Positions 6,751 to 15,121 of a DNA stretch of 32,000 nt are shown one piece after another. The notes beneath the pieces were generated by a model, which was not told where the DNA came from, did not search any database, and saw nothing but the letters and a program-made list of their open reading frames with translations. The stretch is from Faecalibaculum rodentium (GTDB lineage Bacteria > Bacillota_I > Bacilli_A > Erysipelotrichales > Erysipelotrichaceae): assembly GCF_001564455.1 (NCBI RefSeq), contig NZ_CP011391.1, positions 2,510,487 through 2,542,486 on the forward strand, read 5' to 3'. The position numbers and the translations under genes were made by a program. Positions within the stretch are counted from its first letter, which is position 1. Each line of letters begins with the position of its first letter.

Positions 6751-7487
6751 TGACTCTGTCGGGAACTCAAGTCGATGTGGTACCGGTACCTGTCGCCTCT
6801 GAAATACGAAATGGTGTATTCCACCGGATCATTGTGCTGATCATATCCGCTCCGCTGGCGCACCAGCAGCGGTGCCCCTTCCGCGACCCCGAGCTGCCGG
6901 GCAATCTCCCCCGTGGCCAGATCAGAATACAGAATGTCATGGGACATCGCAGGCTGTGCCCCGGTCACGGTTTCATACAGCCTGTACAAAGACCCGCTGT
7001 AGGCCTCCCTTTTTTCCGGAAACCCGAGCGTTCCCGGAATCCAGGTGCGGAAAAACACGATGGGCTCTCCGTCCGCTGTCCGGATCCTGTCCACCCGCAG
7101 ACACTCCTCCATGGACTCAAATGCCTTCTGGACCTGAGCCGGCGGAATTTCCCGCACCACTTCCACATAGGGTGTGTCGATGGCATGTCCCTGCTGCTCG
7201 AATTCATCTGTCAGACTGATCAGCTGATTCACGTCTTCCTCAATGCCCTTGCGCCAGATGACCTGCGTGCCGCGTCCACGGGAACGCTCCACATAGCCCT
7301 CCTGCTCCAGGCTGGATATGGCCTGCCGGACAGTGATCCGGGAGACACCGTATTCATTCTGAAACGCGATTTCCGCCGGGATGGTTTCATGCCGCGCATA
7401 GACTCCGGTTTCAATGTCTTTCCGGATGATTTCCTTCAGCTGCATATACAGCGGCTTGGCTCCCCGTCCGAAGTCAAGATTCTTCAT
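6747..7487 (-). CDS. GntR-family transcriptional regulator, HutC/UTRA subfamily (NagR/YvoA-like architecture)
   Basis: N-terminal winged helix PLYMQLKEIIRKDIETGVYARHETIPAEIAFQNEYGVSRITVRQAISSLEQEGYVERSRGRGTQV plus a ~170-aa UTRA-like effector domain. AGGAGAGG RBS. Confidence 0.9.
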   Translation of the reverse strand: MKNLDFGRGAKPLYMQLKEIIRKDIETGVYARHETIPAEIAFQNEYGVSRITVRQAISSLEQEGYVERSRGRGTQVIWRKGIEEDVNQLISLTDEFEQQGHAIDTPYVEVVREIPPAQVQKAFESMEECLRVDRIRTADGEPIVFFRTWIPGTLGFPEKREAYSGSLYRLYETVTGAQPAMSHDILYSDLATGEIARQLGVAEGAPLLVRQRSGYDQHNDPVEYTISYFRGDRYRYHIDLSSRQSH

Positions 7488-7511
7488 AGTTTCCTCTCCT
7501 GCATTCCTGTA

Positions 7512-7539
7512 CTGCCTTTCCGGTATGGCCGGAAGGCAG
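7512..7539 (-). terminator. Hairpin after parB; terminator-like but without a U-tract
   Basis: CTGCCTTTCCGG (7512-7523) / CCGGAAGGCAG (7529-7539), a stem with one bulge, 6 nt downstream of the parB stop. No T-run follows on either strand. Confidence 0.3.
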
Positions 7540-7545
7540 CCGGAT

Positions 7546-8424
7546 TCATGCTTCTTTCTCTGTCAGCCCGAGCAGGTCCAGAATTCTTGTCAGGTCTTCA
7601 TCGTTCTCGTAGTGAATGCTGACGGAGGACCCGCTGATCCGCACACCTGTCTGAAAGAATCCTTCCAGCTTCTTTGCGGCATCCTTCACGAACATATCAT
7701 CCTCGGGACTGATTTTTTCCGGCTTCTTCATGTTTTCCTGCCGGACCAGCTGTTCCACTTTGCGGACAGACAGTCCCTGTGATACAGCCATTCTGGCGAT
7801 CCGCCGCATCTGGTCCTCGTTTTTCAGAGAAAGCAGTGCGCGAATGTGTCCCATGGACAGTTCTTTGCGGACTGCGTATTCCTGCACATCTTCCGGCAGT
7901 CGCAGCAGACGCAGCGTGTTGGTGATGTGTTCCCGGGACTTTCCAATCCGGTGGGCCAGCTGATCCTGAGTATAGTTCAGGCTCCGGATCATCTGCTGAT
8001 AGGCTTTTGCTTCCTCAATGACGTTCAGGTCTTCCCGCTGAATGTTTTCCAGCAGTGCCACTTCCATCATTTCCTGGTCGCTCATTTCCACGATGATGGC
8101 TGGGATTTCCTGCAGACCGGCCATTCTCGTGGCCCGCAGCCGGCGCTCTCCGGCAATCAGGTCATAGCCCTGCACACTCTTCTTCACCAGAACCGGTGTA
8201 AACACACCGTGCTGGCGGATGGACTGCGACAGTTCTTCCAGCGCGGGCTGATCAAACACCTTTCGGGGCTGATAGGGGTTCGGCCGGATTTCGCTGACAG
8301 GAATCCGGGTCTGTTCCTGTACCCGCTCGTCCTGCTGTCCATTCTGGATATCATCCAGAACACGCGTCACGTCACCGCTGAAGATGGCCCCCAGCCCTTT
8401 TCCAAGTCCTGTGTTCTTACTCAT
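7546..8424 (-). CDS. parB: Chromosome partitioning protein ParB (Spo0J)
   Basis: MSKNTGLGKGLGAIF N-terminus, ParB box IPVSEIRPNPYQPRK, GERRLRA motif and an HTH region. The ATG at 8424 has AGGAGG 6 nt upstream and overlaps the soj stop by 8 nt. The ORF-track start at 8445 is less likely. Confidence 0.92.
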   Translation of the reverse strand: MSKNTGLGKGLGAIFSGDVTRVLDDIQNGQQDERVQEQTRIPVSEIRPNPYQPRKVFDQPALEELSQSIRQHGVFTPVLVKKSVQGYDLIAGERRLRATRMAGLQEIPAIIVEMSDQEMMEVALLENIQREDLNVIEEAKAYQQMIRSLNYTQDQLAHRIGKSREHITNTLRLLRLPEDVQEYAVRKELSMGHIRALLSLKNEDQMRRIARMAVSQGLSVRKVEQLVRQENMKKPEKISPEDDMFVKDAAKKLEGFFQTGVRISGSSVSIHYENDEDLTRILDLLGLTEKEA

Positions 8425-9202
8425 GGGATCCCTCCTGTCGTGCACGTTCCAGGATTTCCTCTGTCAGAGCCTGATATTTCTGGGCCCCGGTGCAGCGCGG
8501 GTCGTACTGGAAAATCGACAGCCCCCGGCTGGGCGCTTCCGAAAGACGCACATTTCTCGGGATGGAGGTCTGATAGACCAGCCGCCCGAATGTCTGCCTG
8601 ACCTCCTGTGCCACTTCCACAGACAGCCTGGTCCGGATATCGTACATGGTCATGAGAATGCCCTCGATCCGGAGTCCTGGATTGGATGTGTGCTGCACAA
8701 GCCGGATCGTGATGAGCAGCTGGGTGATTCCTTCCAGCGCATAGTATTCACACTGAACCGGGATCAGGACTGTGTCGGCTGCCGTCAGCGCATTGGTATT
8801 CAGCAGCCCGAGGGACGGGGGACAGTCGATGAGTATGTAGTCATACTGATCCCGCAAAGGCTCCAGGGCCCTGGACAGCAGCTGTTCCTTCCCGGCTCCC
8901 TGTTTGTCCATCTCCAGGTCCGCACCGGCCAGAGCCAGATTGGCGGGGAGAATGTCAAACCCGTTTGCCTCGCTTCTTACAACCGCTTCCTGCACCGGCA
9001 CGCCCTCCATGAGAACGGAGTAGACCGTGGGCTGGTCTTCGGTGAAGAACGCCGAGAGTCCCTGGGAGGCGTTGCCCTGGGAATCAAAGTCCACGAGCAG
9101 CACTGTCTTGCCGGCAGCAGAAAGGCCCGCCGCGAGGTTGATGGCTGTCGTGGTTTTTCCCACCCCGCCTTTCTGGTTGGATATTGCCATCACTTTTGCC
9201 AT
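8417..9202 (-). CDS. soj: ParA-family chromosome partitioning ATPase (Soj)
   Basis: Deviant Walker A box MAISNQKGGVGKTTTAINLAAGL, plus LVDFDSQGNAS and IDCPPSLG motifs. Located directly upstream of parB. Confidence 0.93.
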   Translation of the reverse strand: MAKVMAISNQKGGVGKTTTAINLAAGLSAAGKTVLLVDFDSQGNASQGLSAFFTEDQPTVYSVLMEGVPVQEAVVRSEANGFDILPANLALAGADLEMDKQGAGKEQLLSRALEPLRDQYDYILIDCPPSLGLLNTNALTAADTVLIPVQCEYYALEGITQLLITIRLVQHTSNPGLRIEGILMTMYDIRTRLSVEVAQEVRQTFGRLVYQTSIPRNVRLSEAPSRGLSIFQYDPRCTGAQKYQALTEEILERARQEGSHE

Positions 9203-9903
9203 GTCGTATCCTCCAGCGGATGTTTCTTGATCTGACCGAAGTTCCGGGGATAGTCCGCCGGGGTCGGACCCTGCTTTTCAAAATACAGATTGACACGTTC
9301 CCCTGCAGACAGGGATGTATCGGTTTCCTTCAGCAGCTTCAGATGCAGAGCCTCCAGCGCCGGAGCCGCAGCCCTGAGTTCTGCCGCCGCTCCAGGACCC
9401 TTCAGGGCAATGACCAGCCCTCCCGGTTTTGCCAGCGGTGCAGTCAGTTCCAGAAGGATCGACAGTCTGGCCACAGCCCGGCTGCAAACCGCATCAAACG
9501 CATCGCGGTGTCCTGCCGCGAACTCTTCCGCGCGCTCCGGGCAGATTTCCAGGTCTTCCAGATGCAGGGCTTCCTTCACGGCTTCCAGAAACCGGCAGCG
9601 TTTTTTCAGCGGTTCCACCAGCGTGACACGGATCTGCGGCCATGTGATTTTCACAGGAATGCCCGGAAACCCTGCTCCGGTGCCCACATCCGCCAGCGTA
9701 TGGATATCCAGCCCGGAAAACGGCAGGATGGAATCCAGATAGTGCTTTTCCCAGATCTGTTCCGGGTCGGTGATCGCGGTCAGGTTCATTTTCCTGTTCC
9801 ACTCGATCAAAAGGTCTGTATATGTACGAAACTGCTGCATCTGGGCATCATCCAGGAGGATGCCGTTTTCGGCGCAGGCAGTCCGGAATTCGTGTTCGGT
9901 CAT
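9190..9903 (-). CDS. rsmG: 16S rRNA (guanine527-N7)-methyltransferase RsmG (GidB)
   Basis: ...WNRKMNLTAITDPEQIWEKHYLDSI...DVGTGAGFPGIPVKI is the RsmG SAM-MTase signature. It overlaps the soj start by 13 nt, in the classical gidB-soj-spo0J order. Confidence 0.93.
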   Translation of the reverse strand: MTEHEFRTACAENGILLDDAQMQQFRTYTDLLIEWNRKMNLTAITDPEQIWEKHYLDSILPFSGLDIHTLADVGTGAGFPGIPVKITWPQIRVTLVEPLKKRCRFLEAVKEALHLEDLEICPERAEEFAAGHRDAFDAVCSRAVARLSILLELTAPLAKPGGLVIALKGPGAAAELRAAAPALEALHLKLLKETDTSLSAGERVNLYFEKQGPTPADYPRNFGQIKKHPLEDTTWQK

Positions 9904-9932
9904 TGACGAAATCTCCCTCTTCTGTACCCGCC

Positions 9933-9941
9933 ATTATAGCA
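9933..9941 (-). promoter_or_regulatory. Candidate extended -10 promoter element for rsmG-soj-parB
   Basis: The minus strand reads TGCTATAAT (TGn + TATAAT) 29 nt upstream of the rsmG ATG, followed by AGAGGGAG as RBS. There is no good -35, which extended -10 promoters tolerate. Confidence 0.4.
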
Positions 9942-9964
9942 CATTGATATGATACAATTACGCC

Positions 9965-10591
9965 ATGAAAAAAATGACAAGTCTGCTGGCAGCGCTGCTC
10001 ATCGGCGTGATTGCCGGCGCATTTCTGTTCTTTGGAGCCGTCAATCTCAACATTGTGCAGTCCGAGCCGGAGGTCACAGGGAAAGTGGTCCTGCGGGAAC
10101 TGGAATCTGCCAGCAGTCTGATCTCGACCAGGTACAATTACAGCAAAGTGGGAAAATACGAAAACTCCCTGGAAATCAACGGCTGGAACATTCCCCTGAC
10201 AGACAAGTTCTTCATCCTGACCTACGATGGAGAGGCTCTGCTGGGATGCGATCTGGAGACCGCTGAAGTGGATGTGAACAAAGGCGCCCAGGTGATCACC
10301 GTGACGCTGGACCCTGTGAAAATCCTGTCGAACACCATCGACGAGAAGAGCATCGAAGTCTATGATGAATCGAAAAACATTTTCAATCCCATCAGCGTGA
10401 ATGATTACAAGGTATTCGCACAGAAACAGAAAGAAGCGGTGGAGGATGAAATCCGAAGCAAGCCTGTGTTCGAGGAAGCCTCTGCAAATACCGTGGAAGC
10501 CGTGACCAAAATTCTCGGTCTGACGGACGGGATCCGGGATACCTACACAGTGAAAGTTGAATTCAGGGAAGGCGCCGGAGGGGACTCGTGA
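9965..10591 (+). CDS. Membrane-anchored protein, DUF4230-like
   Basis: 208 aa with a single N-terminal TM (LLAALLIGVIAGAFLFFGAV). Size and layout resemble DUF4230, assigned from memory. No clear SD precedes either ATG (9965 or 9974). The stop overlaps the next gene's GTG (GTGA). Confidence 0.6.
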   Translation: MKKMTSLLAALLIGVIAGAFLFFGAVNLNIVQSEPEVTGKVVLRELESASSLISTRYNYSKVGKYENSLEINGWNIPLTDKFFILTYDGEALLGCDLETAEVDVNKGAQVITVTLDPVKILSNTIDEKSIEVYDESKNIFNPISVNDYKVFAQKQKEAVEDEIRSKPVFEEASANTVEAVTKILGLTDGIRDTYTVKVEFREGAGGDS

Positions 10592-11634
10592 AGCGCCTTC
10601 TTGCGTTTCTGACCGTGGCACTTCTCACACTCAACAGCATTCCCTATCCACAGCTGATGATGAAGACCGCCATCCTGAAGGTTCCAGACCGCACAGGCAC
10701 AGAGGCAGTAAACTATGATACGGTAACCAGAATGGCAATGGAGCTGAAATCCTGGCCGGTCCTGACCCAGGCCGGGCTGGAAGCCCACGGCACTGAACGG
10801 AATTCCGGCACCTATGTCATTCCCGGCATGAAATCTTCTCTGTCGGTTGACAGGGAAGGACGCCCGGATACGTGTCTGGAGATGACTCCCCAGGGGCTTG
10901 CCGTCACGGAGGATTACCTCTTCATTTCGGCCTACTGCCATGAAAAGGAACACAATTCTGTCCTGTACATGATCGACCGGCGGACCCATGATTTCATCAA
11001 GACCATCGTGCTGGAGGGCCAGCCGCATGCGGGATCTGTCTGCTGGGACCCGATATGGAAACATCTCTGGGTCTCCACGGGATACACCAACAATGCCAGT
11101 GCCAGCTATCTGCGGATCCGGGACATCGAAAAATACAGTTTTACCGAAACCGGAAAGCCGCTGCCCTGGCAGAGGACGCAGAAAATGACGCAGCTGACCC
11201 GCAATTCTTTCATGACATGTTTTGACGGACAGCTCTTCGCGGGCACATTCACTCTGGATGAGCCGACGATGCGGCTGCAGACATTCGATCTCGTTCCTCC
11301 CGGGCGCATGGCTCACAGCGGGGTGATTGCGGACAGCGCGATCATTGGCCAGCAATGTCAGGGGATCGCCATGACAGATGACTACATCTTCCTGACGTTC
11401 TCCTATGGTCCCTACATTCCAAGCAAGCTGTGTGTCTATCCAAAGACGGCAACGCGGTTTCTCAAAAGCGATGCGATCCGGTCCTGGCAGCTGCCGCCCT
11501 GTCTGGAGCAGCCCTATGCGGTGGACAATACGCTGTATCTGATGTGGGAGAGTCCCGCCCGGTGTTTCCGGAACGAACTCATGACCCATGTCGACCGGGT
11601 GATTTCCGTGGACATCCCCCGGATGATGAACTGA
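10588..11634 (+). CDS. Secreted protein of unknown function with an internally repeated QG(L/I)A(V/M)T(E/D)DY(L/I)F motif
   Basis: GTG start with GGAGG 6 nt upstream, overlapping the upstream stop (GTGA at 10588-10591). Signal-peptide-like N-terminus KRLLAFLTVALLTLNS. Two copies of the motif: PQGLAVTEDYLFISAY (aa 101-116) and CQGIAMTDDYIFLTFSY (aa 267-283). I recognise no family. Confidence 0.65.
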   Translation: MKRLLAFLTVALLTLNSIPYPQLMMKTAILKVPDRTGTEAVNYDTVTRMAMELKSWPVLTQAGLEAHGTERNSGTYVIPGMKSSLSVDREGRPDTCLEMTPQGLAVTEDYLFISAYCHEKEHNSVLYMIDRRTHDFIKTIVLEGQPHAGSVCWDPIWKHLWVSTGYTNNASASYLRIRDIEKYSFTETGKPLPWQRTQKMTQLTRNSFMTCFDGQLFAGTFTLDEPTMRLQTFDLVPPGRMAHSGVIADSAIIGQQCQGIAMTDDYIFLTFSYGPYIPSKLCVYPKTATRFLKSDAIRSWQLPPCLEQPYAVDNTLYLMWESPARCFRNELMTHVDRVISVDIPRMMN

Positions 11635-11652
11635 GTTTTCTTCCTCGTTCTT

Positions 11653-11694
11653 CTCCCGGATTCTGTCTCTGTGCAGGAGCCGGGAGCTTTTTCT
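11653..11694 (+). terminator. Rho-independent terminator of the + strand gene pair
   Basis: CTCCCGG (11653-11659) / CCGGGAG (11680-11686) stem followed by CTTTTTCT. Confidence 0.55.
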
Positions 11695-11713
11695 GTCCGT
11701 TCGTGCCCGACAG

Positions 11714-11770
11714 AAAAAGAAAAAGGCACAGGATGACAGCCGCCTGAATCAGGCAGCCGCATCCTGTGCC
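11714..11770 (-). terminator. Rho-independent terminator of the teichoic-acid operon; the hairpin spans the last gene's stop codon
   Basis: Perfect 11-bp stem GGCACAGGATG (11725-11735) / CATCCTGTGCC (11760-11770) with an inner GCCTG/CAGGC stem. On the minus strand it is followed by TTTTTCTTTTTCT. The stop codon at 11749-11751 lies in the hairpin apex. Confidence 0.7.
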
Positions 11771-12870
11771 GGCTGTTCCATCATATCGTCGATCAGCTGC
11801 ACCACCCGTCGGGTATTGTTCCTGTCGATATGTGTAAAATACTTGTCACGAAACTTCCTGCGTCTGGTGATGTCTTCCGGTGATGTAACCTGAACCGCTT
11901 CTGCAATTTCCTCTTCCGTGACTGTGACAGGACCCGGAAAATCCTTGAGATACGGTATGTTCAGGCCAATGGTCTGTGCATACTCCTCCAGATCCGGAAC
12001 ATAGGCGATCATGGGTTTCATCAGGAGGGAGTAATCAAAAATCACAGAGGAGAAATCCGAAACCATGGCCGAACTCATCCACATCAGTGTATAGAGATCC
12101 TCGCCGGAGAGATCCAGACTCCGGTCGTCGATTTCGATCGAGTGCCGCAGAAGGGGATGGTACTTGGAGACCAGGATCCAGTCTTCCGGCAGGCAGTCGG
12201 TCAGCTTCTGGGCTGAAAACGGTGCAGAGTACATGCCATCCATGATGTTTCCACGAAACGTCGGGGCATACAGAAGGATTTTTCTGTCCCGGAGCTGCGG
12301 ATATTTCTTCAGGAGCCGTGCCGACCGTTTCTTCATGGCAGATTCGTCCAGCAGTGTATCCAGTCTTGGACAGCCTGTGATTTTCACCTGATTTTCCGAC
12401 ATGGCAAATGCCTCGCTGTAGGGCTTTTTCCATACCGGTGAACAGGCCAGCACTGCGTCGTAGTTGCCGACGGAATACTGTCGGCGGATCTGGTTGCCAA
12501 ACTGCTTTACAGCGCCGCAGGCATGCCACACCTGCAGGACTTTGGTATGGCGTGGCTTCATGTGGGAAATGACATAATTGTTGTCATTGAGAATCACGAG
12601 CTGGCTTCGCTTGATTTCCGGCAGCTGACGAAGGCAGTTGAGAAAATACAGAAAGTCACCCCAGAGATTCTTGCGGAACACCATGAGATCATAATTGATT
12701 TTCCATCGACCATCTTTCTTCAGCTGTTCGTCGATCAGGGCGAAATCACTGCTCAGCCGATTGTGTGTCAGAGAAATAAAGGTAATGGTGCCTGGCTCTG
12801 GCTGAATCCAGAACGTCAGAAGGTCCACGATGCGCAGGCAGAAATTCAATATCAGTTTTTTCAGTCCCAT
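11749..12870 (-). CDS. CDP-glycerol glycerophosphotransferase family protein, TagB/TarB-like (putative primase)
   Basis: Motifs VWHACGAVKQFG, LLYAPTFRG and VSDFSSVIFDYSLL fit the Glyphos_transf family. AAAGGAGG RBS 8 nt upstream. Confidence 0.85.
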   Translation of the reverse strand: MGLKKLILNFCLRIVDLLTFWIQPEPGTITFISLTHNRLSSDFALIDEQLKKDGRWKINYDLMVFRKNLWGDFLYFLNCLRQLPEIKRSQLVILNDNNYVISHMKPRHTKVLQVWHACGAVKQFGNQIRRQYSVGNYDAVLACSPVWKKPYSEAFAMSENQVKITGCPRLDTLLDESAMKKRSARLLKKYPQLRDRKILLYAPTFRGNIMDGMYSAPFSAQKLTDCLPEDWILVSKYHPLLRHSIEIDDRSLDLSGEDLYTLMWMSSAMVSDFSSVIFDYSLLMKPMIAYVPDLEEYAQTIGLNIPYLKDFPGPVTVTEEEIAEAVQVTSPEDITRRRKFRDKYFTHIDRNNTRRVVQLIDDMMEQPAQDAAA

Positions 12871-12902
12871 CGCGCGTGCCTCCTTTCTTTCAGCCTCGCT
12901 GT

Positions 12903-14126
12903 TCAGTTTCCGGCCTGTTCTGATGCCGTATGCCGGCCAAGCCGGACCGCCAGCCAGTCAAGCACACGCCGGCTGGCCTGGCCGTCTTCCCGGTTATTAT
13001 ACCGTTTTGTGAACGCCGGATAGCGGGAATCATCAAATTCTCCCGCCGCCAGATCCTGCAGAAGCGACTCTTCCGTCCGATAGATTTTTCCTGGAAGCTC
13101 TTGTTCTATGTCCATATAAAACCCCCGCAGATCCCCTGCGTAGGCTTCCAGGTCATACATATAAAAATATACAGGCCGCTTCAGAATTCCGTAATCAAAG
13201 AAAACCGAGGAGTAATCCGTCACCAGAGCATCAGAGACCACATACAGGTCACGGATGTCTGTATCTGCCGGAACGGAAATCAGAAAGTCCTGCAGTTCCG
13301 GATCATCCTGCTGCTGATTCACAATCAGATAATGCGGCTTGAAGAGCACCACTGTATCCTCCGGAAGCCTCTCTTTCCACTTCCTGAAATCCGCCTGAAG
13401 CCTGAAGGTGTACCCGGAGGTCTGGAAGGAGTCATCCCTCCAGGTGGGTGCATACAGTATGACTTTTTTTCCTTCCGGTATCTTCAGGTCTGCCCGGATC
13501 CGCTGGACATCCTCCTGTGTATAGGTGGACAGGAAGTCATTGCGTGGATATCCAGTCTCGATCAGTTTCTCTTTCTTTATCCCAAAGGCATGCGGGAACA
13601 CCCCGGTACAGAATGCATTGGGACTGATCATGGCATCATATCTTTCAGAGTCCACATCATAGGTCCGGCACATCTGTTCGTAAGTCAGACCCGAGCGGTA
13701 AAACCGCTGCCCCGGAACCGGTTCAATGTCATGTCCCAGCCTTTTCAGCGGTGTGCCATGCCAGGTCTGGAGATAGATCTGGCTTTTCTTCTTGTACAGG
13801 TACATCGGCATCTTGCAGTTGAAAATCCAGACTTTCGCCCGAGCCACAGCGACAAAATATCCCAGGGAAAGGTAGCGGACAGTTTCAGCACCGGGAATCG
13901 TTTCCTGGCCCGGATTCCTAAGAACCCAGACAAACCGGTATCCGGAATACCGGGGATCCTGTCGCATGGCTTCATACAGCGCACGGGGATTGTCGTTGTA
14001 GCTCCGGCCATGAAAGGCGAGAAACAGAATCATTCTGTTGTCCACCGGGATCAGACGACAGAATATCCGGTACAGCCAGCCGAAGACCGGCACCAGGGCT
14101 TTCTTGATGCGCCCAAGCACTTTCAT
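12903..14126 (-). CDS. CDP-glycerol glycerophosphotransferase family protein, TagF-like
   Basis: The real start is MKVLGRIKK at 14126, overlapping the upstream stop as ATGA. Motifs LQTWHGTPLKRLG, ILYAPTWRD and VTDYSSVFFDY. The ORF-track extension to 14588 overlaps the acyltransferase gene out of frame and is rejected. Confidence 0.85.
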   Translation of the reverse strand: MKVLGRIKKALVPVFGWLYRIFCRLIPVDNRMILFLAFHGRSYNDNPRALYEAMRQDPRYSGYRFVWVLRNPGQETIPGAETVRYLSLGYFVAVARAKVWIFNCKMPMYLYKKKSQIYLQTWHGTPLKRLGHDIEPVPGQRFYRSGLTYEQMCRTYDVDSERYDAMISPNAFCTGVFPHAFGIKKEKLIETGYPRNDFLSTYTQEDVQRIRADLKIPEGKKVILYAPTWRDDSFQTSGYTFRLQADFRKWKERLPEDTVVLFKPHYLIVNQQQDDPELQDFLISVPADTDIRDLYVVSDALVTDYSSVFFDYGILKRPVYFYMYDLEAYAGDLRGFYMDIEQELPGKIYRTEESLLQDLAAGEFDDSRYPAFTKRYNNREDGQASRRVLDWLAVRLGRHTASEQAGN

Positions 14127-15121
14127 GAATTTGCCTTCTTTCTTTGAAAGGGGTACTGCACCAGCATGCGCAGGGGTCCCTGCAGCAGTCTGACGGTTGG
14201 GATCTCCGCCAGCATGACCAGGATCACGGCACCGGCTGTGATGACCCAGGATTGTGTGGTCCACATCTCCATGATCGACCGGGCAATTCCCGTGTAGTGA
14301 AATGTCGTATGGGTGAGGTAGATCAGAAGCGAATTCCTTCCCAGCCAGCAGAGCCACTTCATTTTCAGATTCAGCGTTTTGAGAACCATCAGGATGCCTG
14401 TGCATGTGGCTGTGGCCGATCCGTAGAACAGAATGGGATTTCCCAGTCTGGAGTAGTGGATGTCCGGCTGACTGTTCATCATCCCCAGAACCAGACCCGC
14501 TGCAATCAGCAGCCACCCGGTCCTGGCAAGCGGGGAAGACAGGATCTTCCTCTGTTCCAGCCACCAGCCGATTCCCGTAAAGACACACAGAACGAGCGTC
14601 CGGTTGATGAGATTGACGTAGAACATCAGACTGTCCGGCTGATATGGATCATTTGTGGCAATCACGCCGGAGCACAGGAGGGTTGTCAGACACAGCAGTC
14701 CTTCCAGTTTCAGAAGCCCGGACCGGTGCAGAACGAAAAACAGGAGAGCCGAAAGAAAGAATGCGGGCAGATACCACAGCGCACCGTCTCCGGAAAACAG
14801 AAACAAACGGCTGATGGGATCGATGAATTCTTCCGGGTCGCTCTCCACGAAAAAATTGATGACAGACTTGAGGAGGGAAAACACCACAAAGGGATAGAGC
14901 AGCACTTTCGTTTCTTTCCAGGCATATTGTCCCACTGTCTGACGGGAAGGACGCAGGAACTGAAGACAGCCGTTGACCACCAGGAACAGGGGAAGGTGAA
15001 AGGAATAAATCCATTTCTCCAGACCCGTTTCTCCGGACATCAGATGACCTGTCACGACCAGGATGATTGCGATTCCCTTGGCCTGATCAAGGACCGGATT
15101 GCGCTGTGCAGAGGCTGTCAT
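14123..15121 (-). CDS. Acyltransferase family 3 integral membrane protein (putative polymer O-acyl/acetyltransferase)
   Basis: 332 aa and polytopic. The N-terminal NPVLDQAKGIAIILVVTGHL is typical of Acyl_transf_3. ATGA overlaps at both ends. Confidence 0.85.
   Translation of the reverse strand: MTASAQRNPVLDQAKGIAIILVVTGHLMSGETGLEKWIYSFHLPLFLVVNGCLQFLRPSRQTVGQYAWKETKVLLYPFVVFSLLKSVINFFVESDPEEFIDPISRLFLFSGDGALWYLPAFFLSALLFFVLHRSGLLKLEGLLCLTTLLCSGVIATNDPYQPDSLMFYVNLINRTLVLCVFTGIGWWLEQRKILSSPLARTGWLLIAAGLVLGMMNSQPDIHYSRLGNPILFYGSATATCTGILMVLKTLNLKMKWLCWLGRNSLLIYLTHTTFHYTGIARSIMEMWTTQSWVITAGAVILVMLAEIPTVRLLQGPLRMLVQYPFQRKKANS

Noticed and set aside
12903-14588. The 561-aa version of the TagF-like ORF, extending 154 aa upstream of MKVLGRIKK.
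   Set aside because: - The extension overlaps the acyltransferase gene in another frame and has no family similarity.
- The internal ATG at 14126 forms the same ATGA overlap seen at the four other junctions in the operon.
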